From an uncultured bacterium (GTDB taxonomy: Bacteria > Zixibacteria > MSB-5A5 > CAIYYT01): a DNA stretch of 64,000 nucleotides. Shown here piece after piece: positions 30,922 through 42,800 of this stretch; positions within the stretch are counted from its first letter, which is position 1; the number at the start of each line of letters is the position of its first letter. The position numbers were made by a program, and so were the translations under genes. The notes under the pieces were generated by a model. The model was not told the origin of the DNA, did not search any database, and worked only from the letters and a program-made list of their open reading frames with translations. The stretch covers positions 128,001 to 192,000 of the forward strand of contig CAVSCK010000003.1 in the NCBI GenBank assembly GCA_963726455.1. The letters run 5' to 3'.

Positions 30922-31837
30922 AAATCATGACACGGTTGTTGCCCGTATCACACACGAACAGCTTGCCATCATTTCTGCGAGCAATGCCCGACGGAGCACT
31001 CAAATTCATCGGTCCGCTTCCCGCGCTCCCCAGCGAGGCCAGTCGCGTGCCATTCAGGTCGAACAGTAGAACCTCGCTAGTCGCCTTGTCGGTGGCAATA
31101 ATCTCTTTGCCGTGAACGACAAAGCCACCCAGCGTCTCAATACCCTGCAATTGAATTTTGCCGGCCGCGTTGCCGAAGGTGTCGAACTTGTACAGCGTTT
31201 CATCATTGCGATCATAAACGTAAACGTCACCTTCGTCCGTGACATAAATCGCGCTGCAATGCGAGAAGCCACCGGGAGGAAGCAACTCCTGCTCGATCTT
31301 GTAATCCTTGTCCAACACGATCACTTTGAGATTGTCGGGATCGACCAGGTACATCCGCCCCGTACGGGCATATCCGATCGCCGCTATCTTCCCAAGCGCT
31401 TGCAGGTCCGGGTTGCTGTTGAAACGCACCTCATCTGCAAATACCAGATCACGGTCGGAACGAACAATGCGATTGTTGCCCTGGTCGAGGACATAGAAAT
31501 TGATCCCGCCGTCGGAGACGATGTCGGTTGGCCGGCTCAATCCCGAAATCCCCAAACCGAAACCGCCGTTTTCTTTGAGGAACTGATACTCGGGGCCAAG
31601 TTTGACAATCCGGCTGTTACCCTGATCAACAACGTAGAGATCGTTCTGCTGATCGTACGAAATTGCCACCGGCGAGGACAAATACGAGTCACCGAGTTTA
31701 CCCGAAATCTCTCCCAGATAGCGAATCTGGCGAGGTGTCGGCTGACCAACGATCACCGGTTTGGGAGCCGGGGCACAGGCGATGAACATTGACACCGCCA
31801 CAGCGAACGGCAGAAGTATTGAAGTCCAGCGCTTCAT
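30902..31837 (-). CDS. NHL-repeat (6-bladed propeller) lipoprotein
   Basis: Lipobox FIAC. NHL repeats P..I..D...LYVVDQGNSRI, FYVLDQGNNRI and LFVCDTGNNRV. Confidence 0.85.
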   Translation of the reverse strand: MKRWTSILLPFAVAVSMFIACAPAPKPVIVGQPTPRQIRYLGEISGKLGDSYLSSPVAISYDQQNDLYVVDQGNSRIVKLGPEYQFLKENGGFGLGISGLSRPTDIVSDGGINFYVLDQGNNRIVRSDRDLVFADEVRFNSNPDLQALGKIAAIGYARTGRMYLVDPDNLKVIVLDKDYKIEQELLPPGGFSHCSAIYVTDEGDVYVYDRNDETLYKFDTFGNAAGKIQLQGIETLGGFVVHGKEIIATDKATSEVLLFDLNGTRLASLGSAGSGPMNLSAPSGIARRNDGKLFVCDTGNNRVMIYEVAAK

Positions 31838-31838
31838 C

Positions 31839-32579
31839 TTAGAACCTGGCCGACAGACTGACCTGCCAGCCACCGTCCGGCAATGGTTTCAAATCCACTC
31901 CACCGAAACCGGATTCAACTTGCCGGTTGTGACGTTTTGCGCTCCAATAGGCATCGGCGGCGGAAATCAGATGGTTGGCGATAATTAGCCCCAGCGAGAA
32001 GTTCGATTTGCGATAGTAGGATTTGCTGTCGTTCTTGAGACTGCGGTATTTCAGCCGGGCGTCAGTCGATTGCCAATTCCAGAAGTAGGTCTTGGTGTCC
32101 GGGAAATATACCCTGTTGTGGTCATAAGCGCCGGCAACCTTGTTGTATTCCTCACGCGAATCATAGAATCCAAGGATATCGAAGAAGCGATCATCCTTGC
32201 CCTGAACATCCGCGCCCGCCGCAGTTGCAGCATACAACCGATAATCGTCGCTGCGCCAGTTTCCCAGGTGTCGGAATGATATGAACGATGCCCAGAACCC
32301 AACTTCCGACAGGAAAAACACTTTGGACTTCAGTCTGGCTCCGGAATAGTGTTCGCCTGCGCCGGGGAGCACAAATGACATCAGAAACGCCCGCCACGGC
32401 TCCTTTAGATTGACTCGATTCTTTTCCTGAACTTCGGAAAAGCCGGGTGTCTTTTGTTTCTGCTGGTCAACTTGTCCAACTCCTACCGCAAACAACTGCG
32501 ACTGCGGCAGTTTGATCTCGGATCGAGCGGTCGCGCCGGTGAACAACAGTAAGGTAAGGATCAGAAAGGTATTTTTCAT
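31839..32579 (-). CDS. Secreted/membrane protein, DUF5683-like
   Basis: AFLMSFVLPGAGEHY, NHLISAADAY and a terminal beta-strand ending in F. Paralog of the neighbouring gene. Confidence 0.65.
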   Translation of the reverse strand: MKNTFLILTLLLFTGATARSEIKLPQSQLFAVGVGQVDQQKQKTPGFSEVQEKNRVNLKEPWRAFLMSFVLPGAGEHYSGARLKSKVFFLSEVGFWASFISFRHLGNWRSDDYRLYAATAAGADVQGKDDRFFDILGFYDSREEYNKVAGAYDHNRVYFPDTKTYFWNWQSTDARLKYRSLKNDSKSYYRKSNFSLGLIIANHLISAADAYWSAKRHNRQVESGFGGVDLKPLPDGGWQVSLSARF

Positions 32580-32583
32580 ATCT

Positions 32584-33456
32584 TCAAAAAGTATAGGTGA
32601 AAATGAGTTTTGGAATCTGGTGTCCTTCGTAGCGCACCATTTTCGCCCGAACCGTCATCTGCGAGAAAGTATCCTGCTTCTTATTATAGCGCTTGGCCGA
32701 CAGCGCCGCATCAAATGCCGAAAGCAGGTGATTGGCGATTGCCACGATGGCGCCGGTCTTGGCTTTGGTGAAGAAGTTATTCGCGGTGGCGCGGTCATTC
32801 AGGTATGATACCCGCGACGGGGAATTATCCTTGCCGGTCAGGTAATCAGTATCCTTCCAGCCGTAACGGAACTGGTCGTACTTCCCTATCATTTCATAGT
32901 ACTGCTGGGTTTTGGTGGTCGGCAGATGGTGTGTGAATCGTGTCGCTTCGCCGTTAACCGAGATTTCAAAGGTGTCGGAGGTCACACCATAGGTTTCGAT
33001 CAGCCAGTCGGTATACTGTTGGGCCGACCAATTTTGGTCGGCGAAATTGTTATATGCCGTGGTCTTGCTTTGACCCTTATTGTGATTGACGAGCCACTCC
33101 GTCCAGGAAACGATCTCTATGCCCAGAAACAGTCCGGCCTTGATTTTGGAGTTATTGTAGAACTGCCCAGAGCCAGGGAGCACCACGGAATATAAGAAGG
33201 CCTTATTTGGCGATCGGTAGTTCGTATTGAGCAGGTCGGAACTGAGCGGGAAATCCTCGAAATCGGAAGCCGCAAAGTTGACGCCGGTATACTCCTGCAA
33301 CTGGCGATAGGTTTTGAGTTCATCCTTCTGCAGGAACTTGTCGATTTCGCCCGCCGGAACCGGCGGTGAAGCGGCCAGGATCTGCGCCGAGACCAAAAGA
33401 ACTGAAAATGCAATGAGCCAAGACCTCAACATGAATTTATCCTCCGAAAAAGACAT
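32584..33456 (-). CDS. Secreted/membrane protein, DUF5683-like
   Basis: AFLYSVVLPGSGQFY, YYEMIGKYDQF, NHLLSAFDA and terminal FTYTF. Confidence 0.65.
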   Translation of the reverse strand: MSFSEDKFMLRSWLIAFSVLLVSAQILAASPPVPAGEIDKFLQKDELKTYRQLQEYTGVNFAASDFEDFPLSSDLLNTNYRSPNKAFLYSVVLPGSGQFYNNSKIKAGLFLGIEIVSWTEWLVNHNKGQSKTTAYNNFADQNWSAQQYTDWLIETYGVTSDTFEISVNGEATRFTHHLPTTKTQQYYEMIGKYDQFRYGWKDTDYLTGKDNSPSRVSYLNDRATANNFFTKAKTGAIVAIANHLLSAFDAALSAKRYNKKQDTFSQMTVRAKMVRYEGHQIPKLIFTYTF

Positions 33457-33459
33457 ATT

Positions 33460-36400
33460 TCACTTCACAACGGCGACCGTGCAACGTTTGCGATCGCCTG
33501 ACGATGTTTCGAGCTGGCAGAAATATACTCCCGATGCCAGCAAAGAACAATCAAAGGGGAGTTCGTTATCAGTGCCGGCGGCTGCGGCCAGATGCGTGTT
33601 GTATACCATGTCGCCGGCGACATTATAGAACTTGACCGTCACATCCCCTGACTCCCGAACCGTAAATCTTATCGTCGTCTTGTCCGATGCCGGATTGGGA
33701 TAATTGTATATGTATCCAATGGCATCAGCAAGTTGCGTGGGATCAGGTAAGGGTTTTACGTAAGAGCCAAAATTGCGCGGACTGCCGTAAGAATTGTTCC
33801 AGTCTACCTTGGCGGGTGATTGCACGGCCAGAGCGTTGATCGACCCCTCTCGTGATAGCGCAAACAGCGCGGCAGTGGAACCACGGCGTACCAGCACGAT
33901 CGGTGACGCGAGCGAGCCGCCCACGGATATTGGATAATCCGCAAGGCGATCACCCAGCAAGTTGAAACCGGCCACTTCACCGTTTGCCGTGCCGACGAAG
34001 ACTTCCATCTTGCCATCGCCGTCAATGTCAGCCAATACAGGCGCCGTAGTCACCGGACCAGTAGGTATCATCGGGTTAACCGTAATCGGGAAATTGCTGA
34101 CCGGCGTGCCGTTTTGGTTGTAAGCGAAAATGCGATTACTTCCGCAGAAAAGAATTTCGATCGAGCCATCACCGTCGATGTCACCAAGTGCGATCTCTGA
34201 GGTAATTGTCTCGCCAACCTGCGTGGTAGATGTCTTACCGGCGTAATTGATGAGCAATCTTCCATCCGCATAGACTTCAGCAGTCTCGTAGACGCCATTG
34301 CGATCGAAATCAGCGGCGGCGGCACCGACTATTGCATGCGCGGAATCGGTCGCAACCAGGCCTCCGCCTGGGGCAACAAACTCGAAATGATGCAGTGAAT
34401 CGGTCATAACTCGGAACGGAATCGCATTTTGCTCTTTGAGTATCCGGTTGCCGCTCTTGTCGAAGACAAGTTTCTGGCCGTCAGAGGTGTAGACCAGAGT
34501 TTCCAGACCGTCAACTGCGTTATCGTAATCGAGAATGATCGGCGCAATGGCTGCTTCGCCGTCAATTGGCTGATTGAACAACGTAATCGCCTCGCCCTCG
34601 AAGTTGGTTGACGCTGTTGTAAAGCAGACCAGACTGCCGGCGGATGTTACACCCAGTATCTCGGCGAAACCGTCGCCGTTGATATCAGCGACCGCCAGAC
34701 CATGCAGGAACCGCTGCCGCGAATCTATCTTGCCGAGCACAGCCAGTGTATCATAGACGTTTCCCGAACCGTAGAGTACTTCCCGCTGGACGACTATCAA
34801 ACTGTCGGGATTGGCACTGAATAGTGGCGAGCCGTCGAACTTATAGGCGAGCAGAAAGGGTCCCGACGAAGTGAGAATCTCGTCACTGCCGTCGCCGTTG
34901 ATGTCAGCCGCAACCAGAGGCAAAGAATTCGCGAAAATCTGATTCGGCCAACCCGGCAGGCGTCCGTCGATATGAACGCTGCAAGTCATGATCAACAGGG
35001 ATGCCGAGATATTTCCGATCGTAATCCCCGTGTAGGCATTGTTGTTGGCAATCGTAGGCGGATTGGTGTTTGGTCCGAATGTCGGACTGTTGTTGATATC
35101 GAACATGTCCGCTTGTTCACCGTAACCAGAGTAGTAGTATCCGCCGAAATCCACGATGCCGTTAGCTTCCTCAAGCGTCAGGAAACGGTGATGATTGTCC
35201 CATTTGACGGGATCAGACGCGAAATTCCAGACTTGTAATCTGTTGTCGTGGAAATTGTCGATGCCGTTGCCGTCGTAGTCTAGACGCGCAACTAATTCAT
35301 CGATATGCCAGATCAGCATTCCCGAACCGGGGATCAAGTAATCGTATTCGCGATTGCATTGCGGTTTGTCACGATCAGTATTGCGGGGCCACATAAAGAC
35401 GTTGGTAAGGCTGTCAACCTGAAGCCCCGTGATTTCCTGATTATCAATATCAGTACGCCGATTTTCGATCAAGTAATACTCATCCGGATTGATCGGAACC
35501 ATGAGAACCTGGTTGTAATTCGAGTCAAGTTCCGCAGCGACCACTTTGATCTTGTTCGCCGAAGTGACTTCCACAATGTCGACAAACCCAAGATAGGCGC
35601 GCGACCAGGCGTCGGGATAAACCGGCATGACACCTGACACCAGCACCGGTATGGTATCGCCAAAGTTGATGTTCACTCCGAAGCCGTTGTAATCCATCAG
35701 CGAAAAATCACCGACCTGGGTCATAGCGGTGCGGGTGTCATACAGATCGACCAGACCAAGTTGATGGCCGAATTCGTGCCCCATCACCGCATTGAGAGCG
35801 GTAACCCTGTTATCCTGTGAGGCAGTTTCCGGCATGATGACGGCGTCGCTGACCATGACTCTCCCGTCTTCCAGCGAAAACGCTCCGCCACCCAGCTTGA
35901 CATAGCCGGTATACAGATCGGAGCGGAGTATCCGGCCCCGCGAATGCAAAGTTGTTTTGCTGATCGGAGCCGGCATGGAAAATTATATAAGCGTCGTAGC
36001 GGTCCTGCCCGGCTATCGAATCGTATAGCGACAGTTCAGGATCAATATCCGCCGTATGCATGGCATCGTAAACCAACCGCGTCAGACCGACTACCGGTTC
36101 CACCGCGCCGTAGTGCGCCATCGACGAATCAAGCTGATAAGCCGAATCGACATTTCGCGGATATACATCGTACTCAATTTTCAGCCGGCCATTGGAAACC
36201 ACATCATAATAGGTCGACAGCGCTTTCAAATGTTTCTCGAAGTAGCTGCGATTATGCGGAGCCGGATCGATAAGATATCCTTGCTGCGCATAGAACTCAG
36301 CTTTGGTTCGCATATCGAAGTTGCCGTTGCCCGTCGTGAGCGGATCGTCCGGAACTTCCTTGCGGAAATTGACTCTGATCGCCAGCACGCGGATGACCTT

Positions 36401-36622
36401 GGGACTCATGGGCGACAGCGCATGCAGAGGCATGCGATACTTGCCGGAGTAGTCGAGCCCCAGCAGGTTCCGGTCAGACACCTGATCCGCCAGTCCGGGT
36501 TTTGGTTGCTGACTGCTCGGCTGCTTGGATTTCATTTCGAGCATACCGGCAACAGCGACCGAGCCAAACAGACAGGCGGCCACAAATAGGACTATTATGA
36601 CAGAACGAGACATCCTTTTCAC
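33460..36622 (-). CDS. M6 (immune inhibitor A-like) metalloprotease with FG-GAP repeats and T9SS type A CTD, frameshifted near 35922
   Basis: IIFHAG in the first ORF; HEFGHQLGLVDLYD, FSLMD, EYYLIENR, repeated ADINGDG..EI and CTD YPNPA...SGVYF in the second. Removing one base gives ~1053 aa. Confidence 0.85.
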
Positions 36623-36625
36623 CGC

Positions 36626-39600
36626 TTACATCTTTACCGTCAACGAAGTTCTCAACGTATTTGCCAACGGCAGATTGTTCGACGAAGGGATATATGCAAA
36701 ATCCAGCCGGTATCTTCCCTTGTACTGGAGTCCGACGCCCAACGTCGGGGTCTTAACCTGCCCTTCCTGATCATAGATATATCCGGCACGCAAGGCAAGT
36801 AGCGAACCGTACCAATATTCCAGGCCGACGTTTTCGATGGCCTGTTTCATTTCTTCAGAGAAACCATCTCCTAGCGACGTGAGCATCTTGTTGACTTCAC
36901 CGACTATGGTCAGCCGATTGTATGGCGAATCGAGCAGGCGGTATGCGAAACCAACCGCGAGGTTGCGCGGAAGAGCGTCCGACTGCGCAGCGTCGATATA
37001 GGACATGTTCGGACCCAGGTTGGTCACGACAACGCCGATCCGTAGCTTTCTGGTCATCGTATAGAGAATACCGCCCTCGGCCGCGAATGATGTGCCCTCG
37101 CCGCGGCCAACTTCCTGACCGGCGCCGACTACTGACAGACGGCTGTAAATCACCTTGGCCGACAAACCGACGGCCAGATTCCGCGAGGCACGGGTTCCAT
37201 ATGATAACGTGAACGCAACGTCGAACGGATTGATGGTTCCGGTCGGCTCCGATGACGTTTCTCCGGTGGTCACGATTGAACCGTAGGAAAGAAACGTGAT
37301 GTTGGCGCCCAGCGTACCCAGTGATCCGACTGGGTGTACATAACCAAGGAATTCGTAGTAGAGATCGGGGGCAAGATCAGGCAGCCAGTTGGCATGAGTG
37401 AAACTGAGCTCTTTCTTGCCGTGCGCAAATATCGTTACGCGATCGGCGGTCGCAAACCAGATTTCGCCTGCTTCACCGACGATGTCTTTGGTATTAGTCC
37501 GATTCAGGCCTTCGTGGTAATAACGTTCCCACCGTCCTCCGGAATATGAGAATGTTCCATACAACGAAGCGACGTACAACTTGCCACCCTGGTCATAGAG
37601 CGAGTTGATCGGGCTTCCGGCTGGATTGGCATATACATAGACAACGTTTCCGACCGGAAGAGGCCCTTCTTGAATGGTGTTCTTTCTCTTGATCAGACTT
37701 ACAAACGCAGCGACTCGGTCGGGATCTTCCACTTTGAGATACTCTCGGACCAATTGGTCAAGGGTCATTTCCTTTTCGACCTTGACAGCTTTGTAGCCGT
37801 AACTGTACCACGACTTGCCATCGAAGCGCTTGATGCCTAGATCGGTGCCGACCCACAGATTGTTGTCCCCGTCCATACTGAGCGCGGTAATGTTGCCCTC
37901 AAATTCAGGAAGAAAAGGCACGTCAATCACGACGCCGGCTTTGGGGCTGGTCGTAAACTCGGGATTGTCCATCCCGTACTTTGCCGCCTGCAATTTAACC
38001 TTGACCATGTCGATGTTCCCGTATGCCTTGCTGAACACTGACAAGCAAGTGTCGTTAACTGCAGAGGTAACTTTGAAAGAATTGGTCCAGGCAACGCCGT
38101 CGAAATAGAATAGATCTTTGTCCGAGGCCGCCCAGGCAAGTCTATCATTCTTGACCGCAATATTCTTGATCGGGAAAGAGGTGACGCCTTCGGCAGCGCC
38201 GAAACGTGCCCACTTTCCTTCTCTGAGGACATCGAGTCCCTTATCCGTGCCGACCCACAGTTGGCCGTGCTTCGGGGACTTGACACACCAGATGACGGCG
38301 CTTGAATCGGTGCCGGTGGCAAACTTCTCCCAGTTGCGTCCGTTGTAGCGGTAGAGACCATTATCCGTGGCTACAAACAGAGTCTTGCGATCGACGGCGA
38401 GATCGTTAATAGCTCCGCCGAAGACGGCTTTGAATGGGAACCTGATCTGTGCCGGCAACTGATCGGTGATGGATTTTTCCAAAGCAAACACCAGACGGTC
38501 GGTTTCGGCCTGGGTAAGTGCCGAATCAGCGAAGGCCTTGTCGAAAGTGCTCGTGAAGATATCCAGTTTTTCCTGGTTCAATTGACAGTTCGTCCAGGCA
38601 TCTTCGAGACGGCCAAGATTCTTGATCACTTCCTCGCGATTTTCGAAATCGGCCGGCAATGCGTTCTGAACCTTATCACGAATTTCGAGGAGACGTTCAC
38701 GCGAGATCGTGTTGTTGGCGCGGGCGACCATATCCAGCCGCGACTTGATGATATTTTCGTCTCCAGTGCCTAGCGCACGCGACACGATATCGCTGAGCTT
38801 GTCTCCCTTGCGCGGCATCACGATGTCGCCGTCCTGCCACTTGGTGCCGTCGAAACGCGCCAGACCAAAGTTGGTGATAGCCCAGATGTCGTAATGCGTG
38901 TAATTGTCGTTCGGGATGCTGTTTTCCATCACAGCGATCTTGTCGATATTTTGCTCCCACGGCACTTCCCATCCCTGCCACATAGTCAACAAAACCGCAT
39001 AGGGAACCAACATCTGCTGCGGACGCGCCGATGTTTCACAGGCAACAACCGCGCCGTCGATTTCCGTGAGCTCCTCCGCCGATACTGCGTTATCAGCGAT
39101 GGCAGCGGCGACTTTGTCTTTGACCGCGGGAAATGCAGCCGCATTGAACCGCAAATCCTGCCAGAAGATCACCATCTTCTCGAAAGTGGCGTTGATCTTC
39201 TCGCTTGCGGCAGCGTCCTTACCGGCAGCCGCCAGCAGTTCCAAACGCAGACCATTGATGTCGTCGAACGAAACACCGGTGTTTGCCAGACATATCTGAC
39301 GAACAGCCGATTTGAATCTTTCCTTGTCAACTGTGGAAGCGCGACGAGCGAGATTCGCCAGAATCGTGCGTGAAGTGTCAACGCCGATTTTTTCCGCCGG
39401 TACCCAGGTGCTATCGACAAAGCGGCTGATTTCATTGCCTCTGATTTGCCACGAAGCAAACTTCTCAAAATAAGTCGGAGCCAATTTGCCCCGGAAGGCC
39501 TGCTCTGCCAGATCGCGCAAATGCGTGTCGTCCGTCAGCTTGAACTGATACCAGTTGTGTGCCAACGGATACTCGCCCAGTCCGGCCGGATTCCAGTGCG

Positions 39601-39775
39601 TGGTTGACGCGTCGTCGGCTATTGCCACAAACGCTTCACCCATACCGGCACTGCGGGCATTGGGGGCGATGCGAAGGAATAGAACCGCGGCGTCACTTAC
39701 CGCGCACTCTGCTTCCGGCGCCAGAAATCCTGCCCACGAGCTGACGATCAGCAGAAGAACCAGGAATCGTCTCAT
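36626..39775 (-). CDS. porV: PorV/PorQ-family (FadL-like) T9SS barrel with ~720-aa internal insertion
   Basis: N-terminal FLRIAPNARSAGMGEA...WNPAGL. C-terminal barrel ELSFTHANWL...NLGP...LP.NL..G...GLEYWY...LRAGY. Directly downstream of porU. Confidence 0.85.
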   Translation of the reverse strand: MRRFLVLLLIVSSWAGFLAPEAECAVSDAAVLFLRIAPNARSAGMGEAFVAIADDASTTHWNPAGLGEYPLAHNWYQFKLTDDTHLRDLAEQAFRGKLAPTYFEKFASWQIRGNEISRFVDSTWVPAEKIGVDTSRTILANLARRASTVDKERFKSAVRQICLANTGVSFDDINGLRLELLAAAGKDAAASEKINATFEKMVIFWQDLRFNAAAFPAVKDKVAAAIADNAVSAEELTEIDGAVVACETSARPQQMLVPYAVLLTMWQGWEVPWEQNIDKIAVMENSIPNDNYTHYDIWAITNFGLARFDGTKWQDGDIVMPRKGDKLSDIVSRALGTGDENIIKSRLDMVARANNTISRERLLEIRDKVQNALPADFENREEVIKNLGRLEDAWTNCQLNQEKLDIFTSTFDKAFADSALTQAETDRLVFALEKSITDQLPAQIRFPFKAVFGGAINDLAVDRKTLFVATDNGLYRYNGRNWEKFATGTDSSAVIWCVKSPKHGQLWVGTDKGLDVLREGKWARFGAAEGVTSFPIKNIAVKNDRLAWAASDKDLFYFDGVAWTNSFKVTSAVNDTCLSVFSKAYGNIDMVKVKLQAAKYGMDNPEFTTSPKAGVVIDVPFLPEFEGNITALSMDGDNNLWVGTDLGIKRFDGKSWYSYGYKAVKVEKEMTLDQLVREYLKVEDPDRVAAFVSLIKRKNTIQEGPLPVGNVVYVYANPAGSPINSLYDQGGKLYVASLYGTFSYSGGRWERYYHEGLNRTNTKDIVGEAGEIWFATADRVTIFAHGKKELSFTHANWLPDLAPDLYYEFLGYVHPVGSLGTLGANITFLSYGSIVTTGETSSEPTGTINPFDVAFTLSYGTRASRNLAVGLSAKVIYSRLSVVGAGQEVGRGEGTSFAAEGGILYTMTRKLRIGVVVTNLGPNMSYIDAAQSDALPRNLAVGFAYRLLDSPYNRLTIVGEVNKMLTSLGDGFSEEMKQAIENVGLEYWYGSLLALRAGYIYDQEGQVKTPTLGVGLQYKGRYRLDFAYIPSSNNLPLANTLRTSLTVKM

Positions 39776-39813
39776 TCTTAAGACTCCTTGTATTTGGGTA
39801 AAGACAAAATCAT

Positions 39814-42800
39814 CTACTTCATTACCACTAACTTGCTGGCTGACATAATCCTCTTGTTATCCTGACTATCGGCAGGTTTGGCCGATAGTTGGAAGATGTA
39901 AACGCCGTTGGCGATGATATCGCCGTCGGTATCGCGCAAGTCCCAATGAATCCCGTCGTGGTAACCCGAGGATTGTGGGAGATTGCTCAAAGACAAGATC
40001 TCCAGTCCGGAGACCGTGAAAACTTTCAACGTGACGTCAGAGGCGTCATCGGAGAGGATATAGGCAAATTGGCATTTATCGGCTACCGGATTCGGGTAGC
40101 AGAGCAACTGCGCGATTTCCAGGCCGCTGGCACTGCTTACTTTGAAGGCGATTTCTTTCTGGCTCGAATTATTGGCTGAATCCCACGCCTTGGCCCGCAG
40201 CCGATGCTCGCCCGGGTTCAGTTTCGGAAGCGTTATAACCGCTTTTCCCCGTTGGTAGCTGCCGGGGTTGTACACGAAGCTGTCGGTCAGTGCGTACGTC
40301 ATCTCCCGGCTGTCATCGATCACCAGCTCAATTCCATGACCGATATCACCACTGAGGTTTATTCCGAGAGAGTCGAACAAGTCCAGCGTTACTTTGGCAT
40401 CCTGTGAAATCTGGGCGTTGTCACTTTTCGCCGGATCGTCGGCAAAATAGACGGCAAGATCAGGTCCGGTAGTGTCGTTAACACTGGTGTTAATGCTACC
40501 GATCGCGATCGGAAACACGTAGCCGGCGGCGCCGCTGTTGGCCGAAACCGCATACCCGCTGATGCGTGCTCTAGTGCCGCCGTAGCTCACGTCCTTGGGC
40601 ACTACAAATTTGAGATTGAACACGCCGCTGGTCACGTCAACTTTACCGCGATATATCTCGGGACCATACTGCACATAACTTGAGTCAGTCGTAGCGGTGT
40701 ACTGAAAACGGCGAGTCCTTTCGTTGTCGAACACGCTTACCGTAGCGGTGCCGCTGAAGCCACTCTGTAGCGCGCCGTTCTTGTCCTCAACCTGTCCGGC
40801 CAATTCGGTCACTGTCAAAGCAACCAGCGAATCGGGCTGGAAGGTCACGAAGTTGATCTGGTCGGGAGCAACACCCAGTCGCGTCATCGGATCGCCGATG
40901 TAAATATATTTTCTATCGTTGTCGCGAGCATCCCAGCTTCCCTGTCGCAACAGTTTGGCAACATAGACGGCCTCGGCAATCGTGTAGTCTTTGCCGTTAA
41001 AGAGTTGGGCAAAGGCCGCCTGATTGAAAAGGAAATTGGGCCGCGAGAATACCAGTCTCGTCGCCGAAACGGTTCCGACCGCGCCACCCGACGGATATCG
41101 CAGCAGTTCCTCAGCCATACCTTCAGACAGCGGGTCGTCAAAAAAGCCGATCGAACAGGACGCGTTAAAGATGAGCGGCAGACGATCGGAGTTGTGCAGT
41201 TGCGGAATATCCTGTATACGTCGAAACATTCGCTCGTCCGCCCAGAGATTAGGATTGCCGTGGCCGATGTAATTCACCAGCAAGGTGCCGTTGTTAATCG
41301 AGCGTATGATCGCCTCGCGTGCCGCCGGTTTTTCGTTACCGACAAAGGGATAGTCGACGCCATAGACTTTGTTGAGATCGAATTTGGGTGGAATACTTCC
41401 CGAGGCCAACTGCTCCGAGTCGACCGTATGCTGAATCTCCGGGCCGGAGCCGGGATGATTGAGGTCGTCGGCAATCAGTGTGACCAGATTGCGCCACGAA
41501 CCATTATTGGCCGCCGCCTCGTAGTTCATCATCTTTTGAGCGACAACCTGAAACTCGCCGGCTGTTTTGACCGGCCAACGGGCGATCACCATATCGACTC
41601 CCCGATCGGTCGGATATGAATTATCGGCATCAAGTTCGTATGGTTCGCCGAAGTAGACAAAGTTTTCGTCGGAGATGGTCGAGTCATTGGGCACGATATA
41701 AGGCGGCACGTAATTGACTCCGCCTTTTCCCATGTCGTTGCGGAAATCATATACTCCGTCGCCAGCCAGCAGGCAGAACGATGGACGCGCGCCGCTCCAG
41801 TTTCCGTATGCGTAGCGCAGAAAATCGCGGATGGCGATCGGATCCATCATGCCGCCGGAAAATTGCGCGTAAACATCCGAAATGCGGACGACGCGGACTC
41901 TGATGCCATCATGATTGGCACGGTAATTCGCAAAGTCGACCGCCTGGCTGTAGAAGTTGTCATGTGCGATGATGATCAGGTCGGCGCCGTTGCTGGACGA
42001 CCGAATGTCATCGATCTGAGTTGCAACAATCGAGAATGGCTTTCTGATTGCGGCGTCGGTGGCCAATGCGAAAACTTTGCCTCCAGCGACAGTTGGAGTC
42101 GAGACAAACTCGACAAAGTCGCTTCCATATAACGGGGCAACCAACTTCTGATTCCCGATATCCGTCACATCCAACACAGCGGTTGTCAGTGAGCCACCAG
42201 CTATTTGATAATTATGAGAAACATCACTGGTATCGCCGAATAGTACCAGTTCACCGGTAGCCGGCAAAATCACCGGCCGCTCGTAATTGATCTCTATGTA
42301 ATCCGTCAATGTCCCATATGGAGAAGCGGTAAGCGTCAATCCGATTTGATTCAACGCCGAGTCAAACCGATCCGAGTGGAAATAGAAGAATGGTGTACGC
42401 GTCGAATCAGGTGTGAGGTCGGTACCGTTTAGGCGCACCGCCATTTGTCCGGAGTACCCCCGAACCCTGAAATTCTGCCAGGCGCCTTCAACTGGAGCGG
42501 GAAGATTAAGAAAAATATCCACCGTCGGATTGTCCGACCAGTACCAGTGGAAGTAATCCTCAATCACTCCTCCGTGGCTGGCGAGAACCTTTTCGTCTTC
42601 AAAGTGCAGAGGATCGACGAATGTCCGAACCGTATCGGTGGCAGCGGTTTCTGTGCCGTTGACCGTGGCCATGCGTCTGGGACTCCAGCCAAATGATCCG
42701 CCGTACGTCAAATAGAACACGTTGCGGTCGCCATAGGGATTCAGACGATAGGTCAGTGCATCAGACCAATCCCAGAAATCCGGGCCGTTGGCGTAGAAGA

